From Thermoanaerobaculia bacterium (GTDB taxonomy: Bacteria > Acidobacteriota > Thermoanaerobaculia > UBA5066), in assembly GCA_963746875.1 (NCBI GenBank), contig CAVVDA010000005.1:80390-144389 (forward strand): DNA of 64,000 bases, read 5' to 3'. Under the pieces are notes generated by a model that saw nothing but the letters and a program-made list of their open reading frames with translations, did no database searches and was not told where the DNA came from. Of the stretch, positions 1 to 8,883 are shown piece by piece (the first letter of the stretch is position 1; every line of letters starts with the position of its first letter). A program made the position numbers and the translations under genes.

Positions 1-1
1 G

Positions 2-154
2 CTCTGGGAGATCCCGCTCGCGTACGTCCTCGCGGTGCGCGCCGGCTTCGGCCCGCGCGGCGTCTTTCTCGCGATCGCGATCGCGTTCTCGACGCTCGCG
101 GTCGTCGGCGCGGTCCTCTTCCGGCGCGGCAAGTGGAAGGAGAAGAAGGTCTAA
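2..154 (+). CDS. 3' end of a polytopic membrane transporter, probably a MATE-family efflux pump (5' part lies outside the window)
   Basis: Frame 2 reads LWEIPLAYVLAVRAGFGPRGVFLAIAIAFSTLAVVGAVLFRRGKWKEKKV, then TAA at 152-154. This is a last hydrophobic helix followed by a basic RRGKWK tail, as at MATE C-termini. The family call rests on that tail only. Confidence 0.4.
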   Translation, partial: LWEIPLAYVLAVRAGFGPRGVFLAIAIAFSTLAVVGAVLFRRGKWKEKKV

Positions 155-165
155 ACTTCGCGCCC

Positions 166-1381
166 ATGCATCCGGGGTTTCGCGCGGCGTTCAACGCGGC
201 GTTCACGCCCGCGCTCGCGTCGACCTACGCGCGGGATCTCGCGCGACGGGCCGGCGTCGAGCCCGGCTTCCGGCTCGCGGAGACGCCGGTCTTCCTGACG
301 AAGGAGCTGTCGGCCGCGCTCGCGGATGGCGCGCGCGCGATCGTCGCGCAGCTTTCGAGGCCGGAAGCGCTCGTTCGGATGAAGCGCGCGATTCCCGGCG
401 CGCTGGGCGACGCCCGGGATGGACGCGCTGCCCTCGCTCGCGCAGGTGGATTTCGCGATCGTGAAGGGAGAGGACGGGCGCCTCGCCCCGCGTCTCATCG
501 AGCTGCAGGGCTTCCCGTCGCTGTCGGCGTTCGAGGTGCTGCAGTCGGACGCGTGGAACGAGGCGCTCGCGGGCGTGAGCGGCCTGCCGAAGGCGACGTG
601 GAGCCCGTACTTCTCCGGCCTCTCGCGGGACGATTTTCTCGCCCTCCTGAGGCGCACGATCGTCGGCGACGCGGACCCCGCGGAGGTCGTCCTTCTCGAC
701 CTCGACCCGGAGGAGCAGAAGACGGCGATCGACTTCTCCGCGACGCGAATCCTCCTCGGCGTCGACGCCGTGGACCCGCGGAGCCTCGTGAAGGAGGGGA
801 AGCGGCTCTTCCGCGTGAAGGACGGGCGCCGCATTCCCGTGAAGCGGATCTACAACCGCGTCGTCTTCGACGAGCTCATCAAGAAGGACCTCGAGCTGCC
901 TTTCGACTTTCGCGACGACCTCGACGTCCGCTGGGTCCCGCATCCGAACTGGTACTGGACGTGGTCGAAGTACTCGCTCCCGCTCCTCACGCACGAGACG
1001 GTGCCGAAGGCGACGTACCTCTCGGAGCTCGGCGCCGTTCCGAAGGACCTCACGGAGCGCTACGTGCTGAAGCCGCTCTTCTCCTTCGCGGGAGGCGGCG
1101 TGAACGTGGACCCGACGCCCGAGGATCTCCTTCGCATCCCCGAGAGCGAGCGCGGCTCGTGGTGCGTGCAGGAGAAGATCGCGTACGACCCGTGCCTCCG
1201 CGCCGTGGACGGCGGCGGCGTGAAGGTCGAGATCAGGATGATGTTCTTCCGGCCCGACGCCGACGCGGCGCCCACGCTCGGGCTCAACCTGTGCCGCCTG
1301 TCGCGCGGCAAGATGCTGGGCGTGGATTTCAACAAGGACTTCACGTGGGTGGGGTCCTCGGTGGCCCTGCAGCCCGCGTGA
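166..1381 (+). CDS. Conserved hypothetical protein, possibly ATP-grasp-like; one frameshift near 405-418
   Basis: ATG 166 (frame of ORF 133..1416) gives unbiased MHPGFRAAFNAAFTPALASTYARDLARRAGVEPGFRLAETPVFLTKELSAALADGARAIVAQLSRPEALVRMKRAIPGA. This joins ORF 419..1381 at the CCCGGG run. The C-terminal half has an ATP-grasp-like pattern (YVLKPLFSFAGGGVNV, WCVQEKI). I do not recognise the family with certainty. Confidence 0.5.
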
Positions 1382-1413
1382 GCGCGCCCGCCGAAGCCGG
1401 CGCCGCTTGCCCC

Positions 1414-1419
1414 TAGAAT
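1414..1419 (+). promoter_or_regulatory. Candidate -10 hexamer TAGAAT upstream of the thioesterase gene
   Basis: TAGAAT is followed by a 17-nt leader containing a GGGAGGA Shine-Dalgarno, then ATG 1437. The same hexamer recurs upstream of three other genes (4295, 15318, 39083 minus). Confidence 0.35.
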
Positions 1420-1436
1420 CGGACAGGGAGGACGAG

Positions 1437-1838
1437 ATGGCCTTTGCGATTCCAGTCGGTACGTCCTTCGTGCGGCGCGACGTCGTCACGAAAGAGCAGA
1501 CGGTCGGGCACTTCGTGCCGGGGATGCCGGAGGTCTACGGCACCCTGATGCTCATCCTTCACATGGAAACGGCCGCCGCCGACGCGATCCAGCCGTATCT
1601 GCCGGAAGGCTGGGTCTCGGTGGGCATCGAAGTGAACGTCACGCACCTCGCGGCGACGCCGGTCGGCGCGACGGTGACGTCGAAGGCGGTCGTCACCGCG
1701 GTCGGCGAGAAGGACGTGACGTTCGCGGTCGAGGCGCACGACGGCGTGGACCTCATCGGCTCGGGCACGCACCGCCGCGCGCCCGTCGAGGTCGCGCGCC
1801 TGATGAAGCGCGTGGCGGCGAAGACGAAGCAGAGCTAG
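1437..1838 (+). CDS. Hotdog-fold thioesterase family protein
   Basis: ORF 1407..1838 read from the internal ATG 1437, which has a GGGAGGA SD. About 133 aa. HFVPGMPEVYGTLMLILHMETAAADA and GIEVNVTHLAATPVGATVT resemble small acyl-CoA thioesterases of the hotdog fold. Confidence 0.6.
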   Translation: MAFAIPVGTSFVRRDVVTKEQTVGHFVPGMPEVYGTLMLILHMETAAADAIQPYLPEGWVSVGIEVNVTHLAATPVGATVTSKAVVTAVGEKDVTFAVEAHDGVDLIGSGTHRRAPVEVARLMKRVAAKTKQS

Positions 1839-2932
1839 ACGACCACCAGCCCCGCGCCCCAGTGAAGGCCCGCGCCGAGCGCGGTGAAGGCGACGAGATC
1901 GCCGCGCTTCACCTTGCCCGCGAGCTTCGCTTCGTGGAACGCGATCGGGAGCGTCCCGGCCGTCGTGTTTCCGTACTTCTCGATGTTGTTGAAGACCTTG
2001 TCGTCCGGAAGGCCCAGGACCTTCTGCGCCGCCTCGCAGATGCGCAGGTTCGCCTGGTGCATCAGCAGGAGGTCGAGCTCGGCGAGCGTTCTCCCGTTGC
2101 CGGCGAGGACTTCCTGGACGGCCGCGGGCATGAGGTTCGCCGCGAGGCGGAACACCTGGCGCCCCTCGACGATCGGGATCGTGCCGAGGTTCTCGAACAT
2201 CTCGGGCGTGAAGAAGGGGCGCGACTTGCATCCGCCGCCGGGCACGTAGAGCTTGTCCCAGTGCTCGCCGTCCGTGTACATCGCGAACCCGAGGAATCCG
2301 CGCCCGTCGCCTTCCGTGTTCGCCTCGAGGACCATCGCGCCCGCGCCGTCGCCGAAAAGCACGGCCCGGTCGCGCATCCCGGTCGCCCGCTCGAACCAGA
2401 ACGGATCGCACGGCCCGGGAGATTTTCCGAGCATCACGTCCCAGACGTCCTCGGGCCACGGCATGAGGCCGCTGTGCACCTCGGCGCCGACGAGGAGGAT
2501 GCGGTCGTACATGCCCGAGCGGATGAACGCGTCGGCGGTCTGAAGCCCCGAAAGGAAGCCGGTGCACTGCATCCGGATGTCGAGCGCGTGCGTCGTCTTC
2601 ATGCCGAGCCGCCGCGCGAGGAGGCCTCCGTTGCCGGGGAAGTAGTGGTCGGGCGTCATCGTCGCGAAGATCACGAAGTCGATGTCGGAGGCCGTCAGGC
2701 CGGCGTCCAGGAGGGCGGCCTCCGACGCCTTCGCGCCGAGCTCGGCCGAGCCGATGCCCGGCTCGACGAAGCGCCGCTCCCTGATGCCGGTGCGCGGCAC
2801 GACCCAGTCGTCGTTCGTCTCCATGATCCGGCCCATCATCTCGTTCGTGACGACCTGGGGAGGCACGTAGAAGCCGGAGCCACGAATGACGGTCGTGCGC
2901 TCTTTTTTCGCCGGGGATGTCAGATTTTTCAC
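1835..2932 (-). CDS. fabH: 3-oxoacyl-ACP synthase III (KAS III)
   Basis: Intact ORF 1835..2932. Catalytic Cys in IRMQCTGFLSGL, His in LLMHQAN, Asn in YGNTTAGT, and a GAGLHWGA tail. Its stop overlaps the convergent thioesterase stop in the palindrome CTAG (1835-1838). Confidence 0.9.
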   Translation of the reverse strand: MKNLTSPAKKERTTVIRGSGFYVPPQVVTNEMMGRIMETNDDWVVPRTGIRERRFVEPGIGSAELGAKASEAALLDAGLTASDIDFVIFATMTPDHYFPGNGGLLARRLGMKTTHALDIRMQCTGFLSGLQTADAFIRSGMYDRILLVGAEVHSGLMPWPEDVWDVMLGKSPGPCDPFWFERATGMRDRAVLFGDGAGAMVLEANTEGDGRGFLGFAMYTDGEHWDKLYVPGGGCKSRPFFTPEMFENLGTIPIVEGRQVFRLAANLMPAAVQEVLAGNGRTLAELDLLLMHQANLRICEAAQKVLGLPDDKVFNNIEKYGNTTAGTLPIAFHEAKLAGKVKRGDLVAFTALGAGLHWGAGLVVV

Positions 2933-2971
2933 GCGGCGGAGTCTAGCGGAAATCGCGTGCAGTAACGCGGC

Positions 2972-3986
2972 TCAGGCGCGTGGTCGCGGCGGGATCGGAC
3001 AGTCGAGATGCCCTTCGCAGAGCGCGCGCATCGCGTCGTTCGCGGAGTTGAAGGCCGAGATGATCGAGCCGCCGGTCTTTCCCGCGGTGAGATCGCCGAC
3101 GAGAAAGAGGCCGGGAATCGAGGTTTCGTAGCCCTCGCGCAGAACGGGCGTCAGGCCGTCGAAGTCGATCCCGATCGTCTTGAGGAAGTTCTCGGGCGTG
3201 GTGCCGCCGAGCGCGAGGACGACGTGGTCGAAGGTCTCCGGGCTTCGGCTTGTCATCGGTGAAATGGACGCGCGGCCGGCCTCCGTCGCTCTCGACTCGG
3301 GCGATGTTCGTGCCGCCGAGAACGAGCACGCGGCCCTGCTCCTCGAGGGCCGCGAGCGAAGTGCGGTTGATGTCGTTCATGCGGTGGAACGAGGAGCCGC
3401 GGTACGACAGGACGACGCGGCAGTCCTCCTGGACGAGGTACTGCGCGTACTCGGAGGCCGAGTCGCCGCCTCCCACGACGAGCACGTCGAGCTTCCGGAG
3501 CGTCACGGACGTGATGTCGTACGTGATCCGCGCCTTGAGGGAAGACGGGATCGGCCAGTCGGGCTTCTGCGGCCGGCCGAGGATGCCGATCGCCACGACG
3601 CACGTCTTCGAGCGGTACGTCGTCGCCGTCGTCTCGATGAGGAAGAGACCGGTGCGGGGGCGGATCGCGCCGACCGCTTCGCGGTACCGCACGATGAGCC
3701 CGTTGTCCTCGATCGCGCGGTCGAGATACGTGAGCGTTTCGCCCTTGCTCGCGTCCGTGAGGCAGAGGACCCCCGTGCAGACCGCCGGGAGGCCCTTGTA
3801 GTTCGCCGTGACGAGCTTCGACTCGGGGTAGAACTTCCGGATCGAGAACGAGTGGGCCTCGCCCCTCTCGAGGATGAGAACGCGGGCGGGGGAGATCCCG
3901 GCCGCGACGGCCTCGGCGCCGAGCGCGATCCCCGCCGGGCCCGCGCCCACGATGACGAGGTCGAGGAGGCCGTCGTCGTCGCTCAT
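2972..3986 (-). CDS. FAD/NAD(P)-binding pyridine nucleotide-disulfide oxidoreductase family (thioredoxin-reductase-like); frameshift near 3245-3260
   Basis: ORF 2943..4025 read from ATG 3986: MSDDDGLLDLVIVGAGPAGIALG is the FAD GxGxxG motif and VLVVGGGDSASEYA is a second dinucleotide motif. The gene continues in ORF 2972..3256 (FDHVVLALGGTTP, GLFLVGDLTAG). Confidence 0.7.
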
Positions 3987-4276
3987 GCGGTGAGCGGCGC
4001 GAGGCGGACCACGGTCGCGCCCCATCCGCCCCGCTCGGGCGTGGCGTCCTCGAACGACGTGACGAGCGGGGACCGTTCGAGCGCCTTCCTGACGATCGCG
4101 CGCTGAACGCCGATCCCCCGCCCGTGGATCAGGCGGACCTCGCGGAAGCCCTTCGCGGCCGCCGCCGCGACGTATTCCGCCACGACCGAGGCCGTCTCCC
4201 CGGGACGAAAAGGGTGGAGGTCGAGGGCGTCCTCGATCGGGATCGCGACGAGGCCGTCCGCACCTTCCTTCTGCAC
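3983..4276 (-). CDS. Smr domain protein
   Basis: Intact ORF 3983..4276. LDLHPFRPGETASVVAEYV, VRLIHGRGIGV and GGWGATVVRL match the Smr/MutS2 C-terminal domain pattern. Its stop overlaps the downstream start (ATGA at 3983-3986). Confidence 0.75.
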   Translation of the reverse strand: MQKEGADGLVAIPIEDALDLHPFRPGETASVVAEYVAAAAAKGFREVRLIHGRGIGVQRAIVRKALERSPLVTSFEDATPERGGWGATVVRLAPLTA

Positions 4277-4294
4277 GGCGACAGTGTAAGGAAT

Positions 4295-4300
4295 TAGAAT
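4295..4300 (+). promoter_or_regulatory. Candidate -10 hexamer TAGAAT upstream of the CsgG-like gene
   Basis: TAGAAT is followed by a 29-nt leader with GGGAGGAGAG, then ATG 4330. Confidence 0.35.
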
Positions 4301-4329
4301 ACGTTCGTCTTCAGGGAGGAGAGCTCACC

Positions 4330-5251
4330 ATGCGCCGTGTCTCGAGTCTTCTTTTCGTCCATTTCGCCGTCCTTCTCGCGTGCGCGCCCGCCGCGTGGGC
4401 CGCGGGAGGCGCGAAACCCCGCGTCGCCGTTCTGGAGTTCGTGGACAAGTCCACGCACTACTATAGCTGGTACCACGTCGGGCGCGCCGCCCAGGACATG
4501 ATGGTCACAGCGCTCGTCAAGGGCGACGCGTTCCGCGTGATCGACCGCGAGCGGCTCCAGGCCCTCATGCAGGAGAAGAACCTCTCGCTCTCGGGCGACG
4601 TCGACCCCAAGACCGCCGTGAAGGTCGGCAAGCTGCTGGGCGTCGAGTACCTCATCGTGGGCGCCGTCACGGAGTTCGGCGTGACGAACTCGGGAGCGAA
4701 CGTCCCCGGGTACGGCGGCCTGCCGTCCTTCAGCATGAAGACGCAGCGCATGGACGCGGCGATCGACGCGCGGGCGATCAACACCTCCACGGGCGAGATC
4801 GTGTGGGCCGACACGGCGAAGGACTCGTCCTCGGACAAGAGCGTCTACGTCGCGGGCGCGGGCGGCGGAAGCAACGACGGCCAGAAGCTGGACAAGATCC
4901 TGCGCCCCGTCGTCGACAAGCTCGCGACGTCCGTCTCGTGCCAAGAGGCTCGACACGAGCGGGATGGGCGGGACGTCGGACGCGTCGGGCGTCGTCGGCA
5001 AGATCGCGAAGGCCGACGGCGGCACGCTCTACGTGAACGCCGGCTCGGAGGCGGGCGTCAAGGAAGGCGACGAGTTCGACGTCTACCGCGTCGGCGAGCA
5101 GATCAAGGATCCCGACACGGGCGAGGTCCTCGGCGCGAACGAGGTGAAGGTGGGGCGCGTGAGGATCACGAGCGTCAAGGGCCCACGCCTCTCGATCGCG
5201 GTCTCCGTCTCCGGCTCGGGTTACCGGGCGGGCGACACGCTCCGGAACTGA
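4330..5251 (+). CDS. CsgG/HfaB-family secreted lipoprotein-like protein with a C-terminal beta domain; frameshift near 4940-4965
   Basis: First ~205 aa of ORF 4330..5379: signal peptide MRRVSSLLFVHFAVLLACAPAAWA, then PRVAVLEFVDKS and EYLIVGAVTEFG. Continues in ORF 4964..5251 (GKIAKADGGTLYVNAGSEAGVKEGDEFDVYRVG). Confidence 0.7.
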
Positions 5252-5258
5252 GCCGCCC

Positions 5259-6081
5259 TCACTTCAGCGCGTCTTTCAGAAACGCGATCGTCCGGGGCCA
5301 CGCGGCGCGCGTGGCCTTCAGGTTCGCGCCCTCCTTGCCGGTCTGCTGGCGGAGAAACCCGTGGCCCGCGCCGTCGTAGACGTGCGGCTCGTACGTCTTG
5401 CCCGCCTTCTTCATCGCGGCTTCCGTGGGAGCGACGGTGGCCGTGACGCGCGCGTCGTCGCCGCCGTAATTCCCGAGGACGGGCGCCTTGATCGCGGCGA
5501 GGGCCTCGTCCGCCGGCGCGGTGCCGTAATACACGACGGCGGCGTTCAGGAGCGGCTGCGCCGCCGCGTAGGCGAAGCTCGCGGTGCCTCCCCAGCAGAA
5601 GCCGATCGTCGCGCTCTTCGCGTTCGCCGAGGGCAGCTTGATCGCCCACTCGCGCACCGCGTTCAGGCGCGCGCTCGTCTCCTCCGGCGTGAGGCTCCGG
5701 ACGAGCTTGACGACGTCGTCGCGACTCGCCGCCGATTCCGTGCCGCCGCCGCCCGGACCTTTCCCCGACAGGAGGTCGGGGGCGACGGCGATGAAGCCGT
5801 CCTTCGCGAGCTGGTCCGCGACGGCGCGGATCCAGTCGGAGAGGCCGAAGATCTCGTGGATGACGAGGACGACGCCCGCCTTGTCCTTGCGCTCCGGATA
5901 GACGACCCACGTCCTGATCGGCGCTCCGCCCGACGGCATCTTGACGTCGATCCACTCGCCGTGGCGCGGCGACTTCTCGAGGGCCGCCTTCGCCTGCTCC
6001 TCGGCGGGAGGGATGTCCTGAGCCGCGGCGGACAGGCCGAGGACGAGAAACGGGACGGCGAAGAAGTCCGGCGTGGCGCAT
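5259..6081 (-). CDS. Dienelactone hydrolase family protein, secreted; 1-nt indel just after the start
   Basis: C-terminal ~270 aa of ORF 5259..6281: VVLVIHEIFGLSDWIRAVADQLA, nucleophile elbow GFCWGG, GAGHGF. The AGGAGG SD precedes the ATG of MRHAGLL (frame of ORF 5221..6129). The frame therefore changes inside the signal peptide (FFAVPFLVLGLSAAAQD). Confidence 0.75.
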
Positions 6082-6092
6082 GGCGCTCCTCC

Positions 6093-6560
6093 TAACGACC
6101 TTCGGCGAGCGCGCGCGCTTCCCGGACACGCGGGGAGCGCGGGGCCCTCTCCTGTGCCTTGTCCAGCTCGGACCGGAGCTCGCCGCGCGCGTCGCCGAAC
6201 GCGAGCCCCATCACCCATTCCGCGTCCGGGCCCGGGTTCGGCCCGAGCGCGCCGCGCCTCGTCTTCGACGAAGCGCATCACGCGGGTGTCGGCCGCGGGC
6301 CCCGGCGTTCTGGAGCGCGCGAGAAAGGAGCTGCCAGGCCTCGGCCGTGCGGCCGTCGGCGTAGGCGACGCCCGCCCGCGTGTAGGCGTCGAGGAAACGC
6401 GCCTCGCCCGTCGGCCGCCGGGAAAGCACCTCGCGCGCGGTCCCCATCGCGGAGACGAAGTCCTCCCGCGTCAGGCGGCTGCGCCCCTTCGTGTCCAGCG
6501 CCTCCCACGCGGCGGAAAGCTGCGTGTCGCCCGAGAACGCGGCGCCGGAGAGAAGAGGGG
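6093..6560 (-). CDS. Small helical-repeat (TPR-like) hypothetical protein, reconstructed across at least 2 frameshifts
   Basis: Protein-like stretches lie in three minus frames. First: FSGDTQLSAAWEALDTKGRSRLTREDFVSAMGTAREVLSRRPTGEARFLDAYTRAGVAYADGRTAEAWQLLSRALQNAG. Second: TRVMRFVEDEARRARAEPGPG. Third: DAEWVMGLAFGDARGELRSELDKAQERAPRSPRVREARALAEGR followed by a stop. Start and exact path are uncertain. Confidence 0.25.
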
Positions 6561-6565
6561 GAAAA

Positions 6566-6900
6566 GAATGTTGCTTCGGAACAGAGAGCGCGTGCGGAGC
6601 GCCTCGGCCTTCGGGCGGAACCTGCGGCCTGGCGCGGGCGCTTTTCTTCGAAGGGTAATTGGCCGGAAGCAGTCGCGGGCGGCTCTGCTGTCGCGCGGAA
6701 CGGCGGCGCTTGCCGCGTCGGCGCCGGGCTTCATTCACCTTCGAAGAAATTCCGGACGATGCGGCTGCGGTAGCGCTCGTCGTGAGGGCCGCCGCGGCCG
6801 TGCGGACCGGGCTCTTTCTCATTCGAAGAAATCCGGACGATGCCGTCGCCGGAGCGCTCGTCGTGAGCGCCGCCGCAGCCGTCGGCTCGGGCTCCTTCAC
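6566..6900. repeat. Locus A of the dispersed composite palindromic repeat family (MITE/REP-like)
   Basis: TTGCTTCGGA at 6571-6580. GCTTTTCTTCGAAGGGTAATT at 6640-6660 is the inverse core. TCATTCACCTTCGAAGAAAT at 6731-6750 is the forward core. About 80-88 bp tandem units start at 6732 and 6820, with a truncated third head at ~6893. Confidence 0.8.
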
Positions 6901-7976
6901 TTCGGCGACGCAGGGCGAAGGAGCAGATAAATGCCGCCTCCCGCGCTGAGGAGGAGCAGCGCGGCGAGGAGGAGCTTCGCGCCGCGCGTCGCGTCCGGCC
7001 GGCGTGTCCGGCGCCTCCTTCGGCTTTTTCGCCTCCGAGGCGGGCGCCGCGAGCGCCTCGGCGTCGATCGCCGGAGCCGAGATGACCGTCCGCGACCTGC
7101 GACTCGCGCTTCAGCGCCCTGCGGCACGGTCGTCGCGGTGGCCGTGACGCCGAGCGCCGTCCCGAGCGCGGCGACGAACGCGCCGCAGGAGGAGAACCGG
7201 CCGGCAGGCTCCTTCGCGAGGCCGCGGGAGAGCACCGCGTCCACCGCGGGGGAGGTGCCGGGCAGGACCGACGAGAGCGGCGGCGGAGGCGCCGTGACGT
7301 GCTGGTGAAGGACCGCGAGAGGCGATTGCGCCGAGAACGGCACGCGTCCCGCCAGGAGCTCGAACGCGATCACGGCGAGCGCGTACTGGTCCGCGCGGCC
7401 GCTGAGAGCCGCGCCGGTCGCCTGCTCGGGCGCCATGTAGAGCGGCGTTCCGAGGACCGTGCCCGTCGCCGTGAGGCCCGAGGAGACCTCGGCGCTGCGC
7501 GCGAGGCCGAAGTCGGCGAGGAGCGGCCGGCCCTGCGAGTCCATCAGGACGTTTCCCGGCTTGACGTCGCGGTGGAGGATGCCTTTGGCGTGCGCGTGGT
7601 CGAGGGCCGAGGCGATCGCCGAGAGCCAGGCGATCGCGAGAGCGGGCGGAACGGGCCCCGCGACGCGGCCCTTGAGCGAGCCGCCGGCCACGAGCGGCAT
7701 GACGAGGTACGAGACTTCCTCGCCGTCGATCGTCGCGCTGCCGTAGTCGAAGACGGGGAGGACGTTCGGATGCTCGAGGCCGGCGACGAGACGCGCCTCC
7801 CTCAGGAAACGCTCGCGAAACGTGGACTCGGCGGCGATGGGGCCGAGGATGACCTTCACCGCCACGGTGCGCTTGAGCGTCTCGTCCTCGGCCTTCCACA
7901 CCTCGGACATGCCGCCGACGCCCGCTCTTTCGAGGAGGCGGTAGCGCCCGAGGACGGTGCCGGTCGTGATCGGCAT
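6897..7976 (-). CDS. Hanks-type Ser/Thr protein kinase with a C-terminal membrane anchor
   Basis: In-frame tail of ORF 6897..10046 from ATG ~7976. G-loop GVGGMSEVWKA, VAVK lysine, HRDVKPGN, DFG, PLYMAPE, then a basic tract and the TM helix KLLLAALLLLSAGGGIYLLL. Confidence 0.85.
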   Translation of the reverse strand: MPITTGTVLGRYRLLERAGVGGMSEVWKAEDETLKRTVAVKVILGPIAAESTFRERFLREARLVAGLEHPNVLPVFDYGSATIDGEEVSYLVMPLVAGGSLKGRVAGPVPPALAIAWLSAIASALDHAHAKGILHRDVKPGNVLMDSQGRPLLADFGLARSAEVSSGLTATGTVLGTPLYMAPEQATGAALSGRADQYALAVIAFELLAGRVPFSAQSPLAVLHQHVTAPPPPLSSVLPGTSPAVDAVLSRGLAKEPAGRFSSCGAFVAALGTALGVTATATTVPQGAEARVAGRGRSSRLRRSTPRRSRRPPRRRKSRRRRRTRRPDATRGAKLLLAALLLLSAGGGIYLLLRPASPK

Positions 7977-8036
7977 GGCTGGCCCGCGGAAGAATACCGG
8001 AGGACCGCCGCGGCCGCGGGGGGCGAGAATGCTCCC

Positions 8037-8880
8037 GTGGCCGAGACGCATCTCCCGACGCTCCACCCGCGCACGCGCGGAAAGAACCGCTTCGTCTACG
8101 CCGTGCGGGCGCGCCGGTCGGGCGGGATCTCGGTCGGGATCAACCTCGACCCGCAGAAGACGTGCAACTTCGACTGCGTCTACTGCGAGGTCATCGACCG
8201 CCGGGAGATCGCGAAAGGCACGGGCCGGCCCGCGATCGCGATCGACGACGTGGCGCGCGAGCTCGCGGAAGAGCTCGCGTCCCGGGCGCGCGACGGCGGG
8301 CCGTCCGCGGCCGATCCGGTGCGCGACATCGCCTTTGCGGGCGACGGCGAGCCGTCGACGTATCGCGGCTTCCTGCCGCTCTCGCGGACCCTCTTCGACG
8401 TGCGCGACGCCGCGGGATTCCACGACATTCCGTTCGTCCTCATCACGAACGGCTCGGGCCTCGCGCGCGAGGAGATGCGCGAGGCGCACGATCTCTTCGC
8501 GGCGCGGGGCGGCGCGTTCTGGATCAAGCTCGACGCGGGCACGGAGAGCTTCTACAAGACGATCGCGAGGAGCGCGATTCCCTTCGAAAGGATCCTCGCG
8601 AATCTCACGGGCGCCGCGAAACGGCATCCGGTCGTCGTTCAGGCCATGTTCCTGCGCCTTCGCGGCGAGCCGCCGCCCAACGACGAGATCGCGGCCTGGG
8701 CGAGCCGCCTCGCGAGGGTCGTGGACGCCGGCGGCCGCCTCTCGCTCGTTCAGGTCTACACGGTCGCGCGCGAGACGATGGAGCCGGGCGTGACGCCGCT
8801 CGACGAAGGCGGAGCTGGAGGAGATCGCCGGAGCGGCACGGGCGGCCGTGCCCGGCGTTCGCGTCGAAACCTTCGCCTGA
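8037..8880 (+). CDS. Radical SAM protein of unknown specificity; frameshift near 8805
   Basis: Part of ORF 7299..9041 from GTG 8037. It has a CNFDCVYC CxxxCxxC cluster, FAGDGEPS and VLITNGSG. The real C-terminus, KAELEEIAGAARAAVPGVRVETFA, is in another frame and ends with TGA at 8878-8880. Confidence 0.7.
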
Positions 8881-8883
8881 ACT

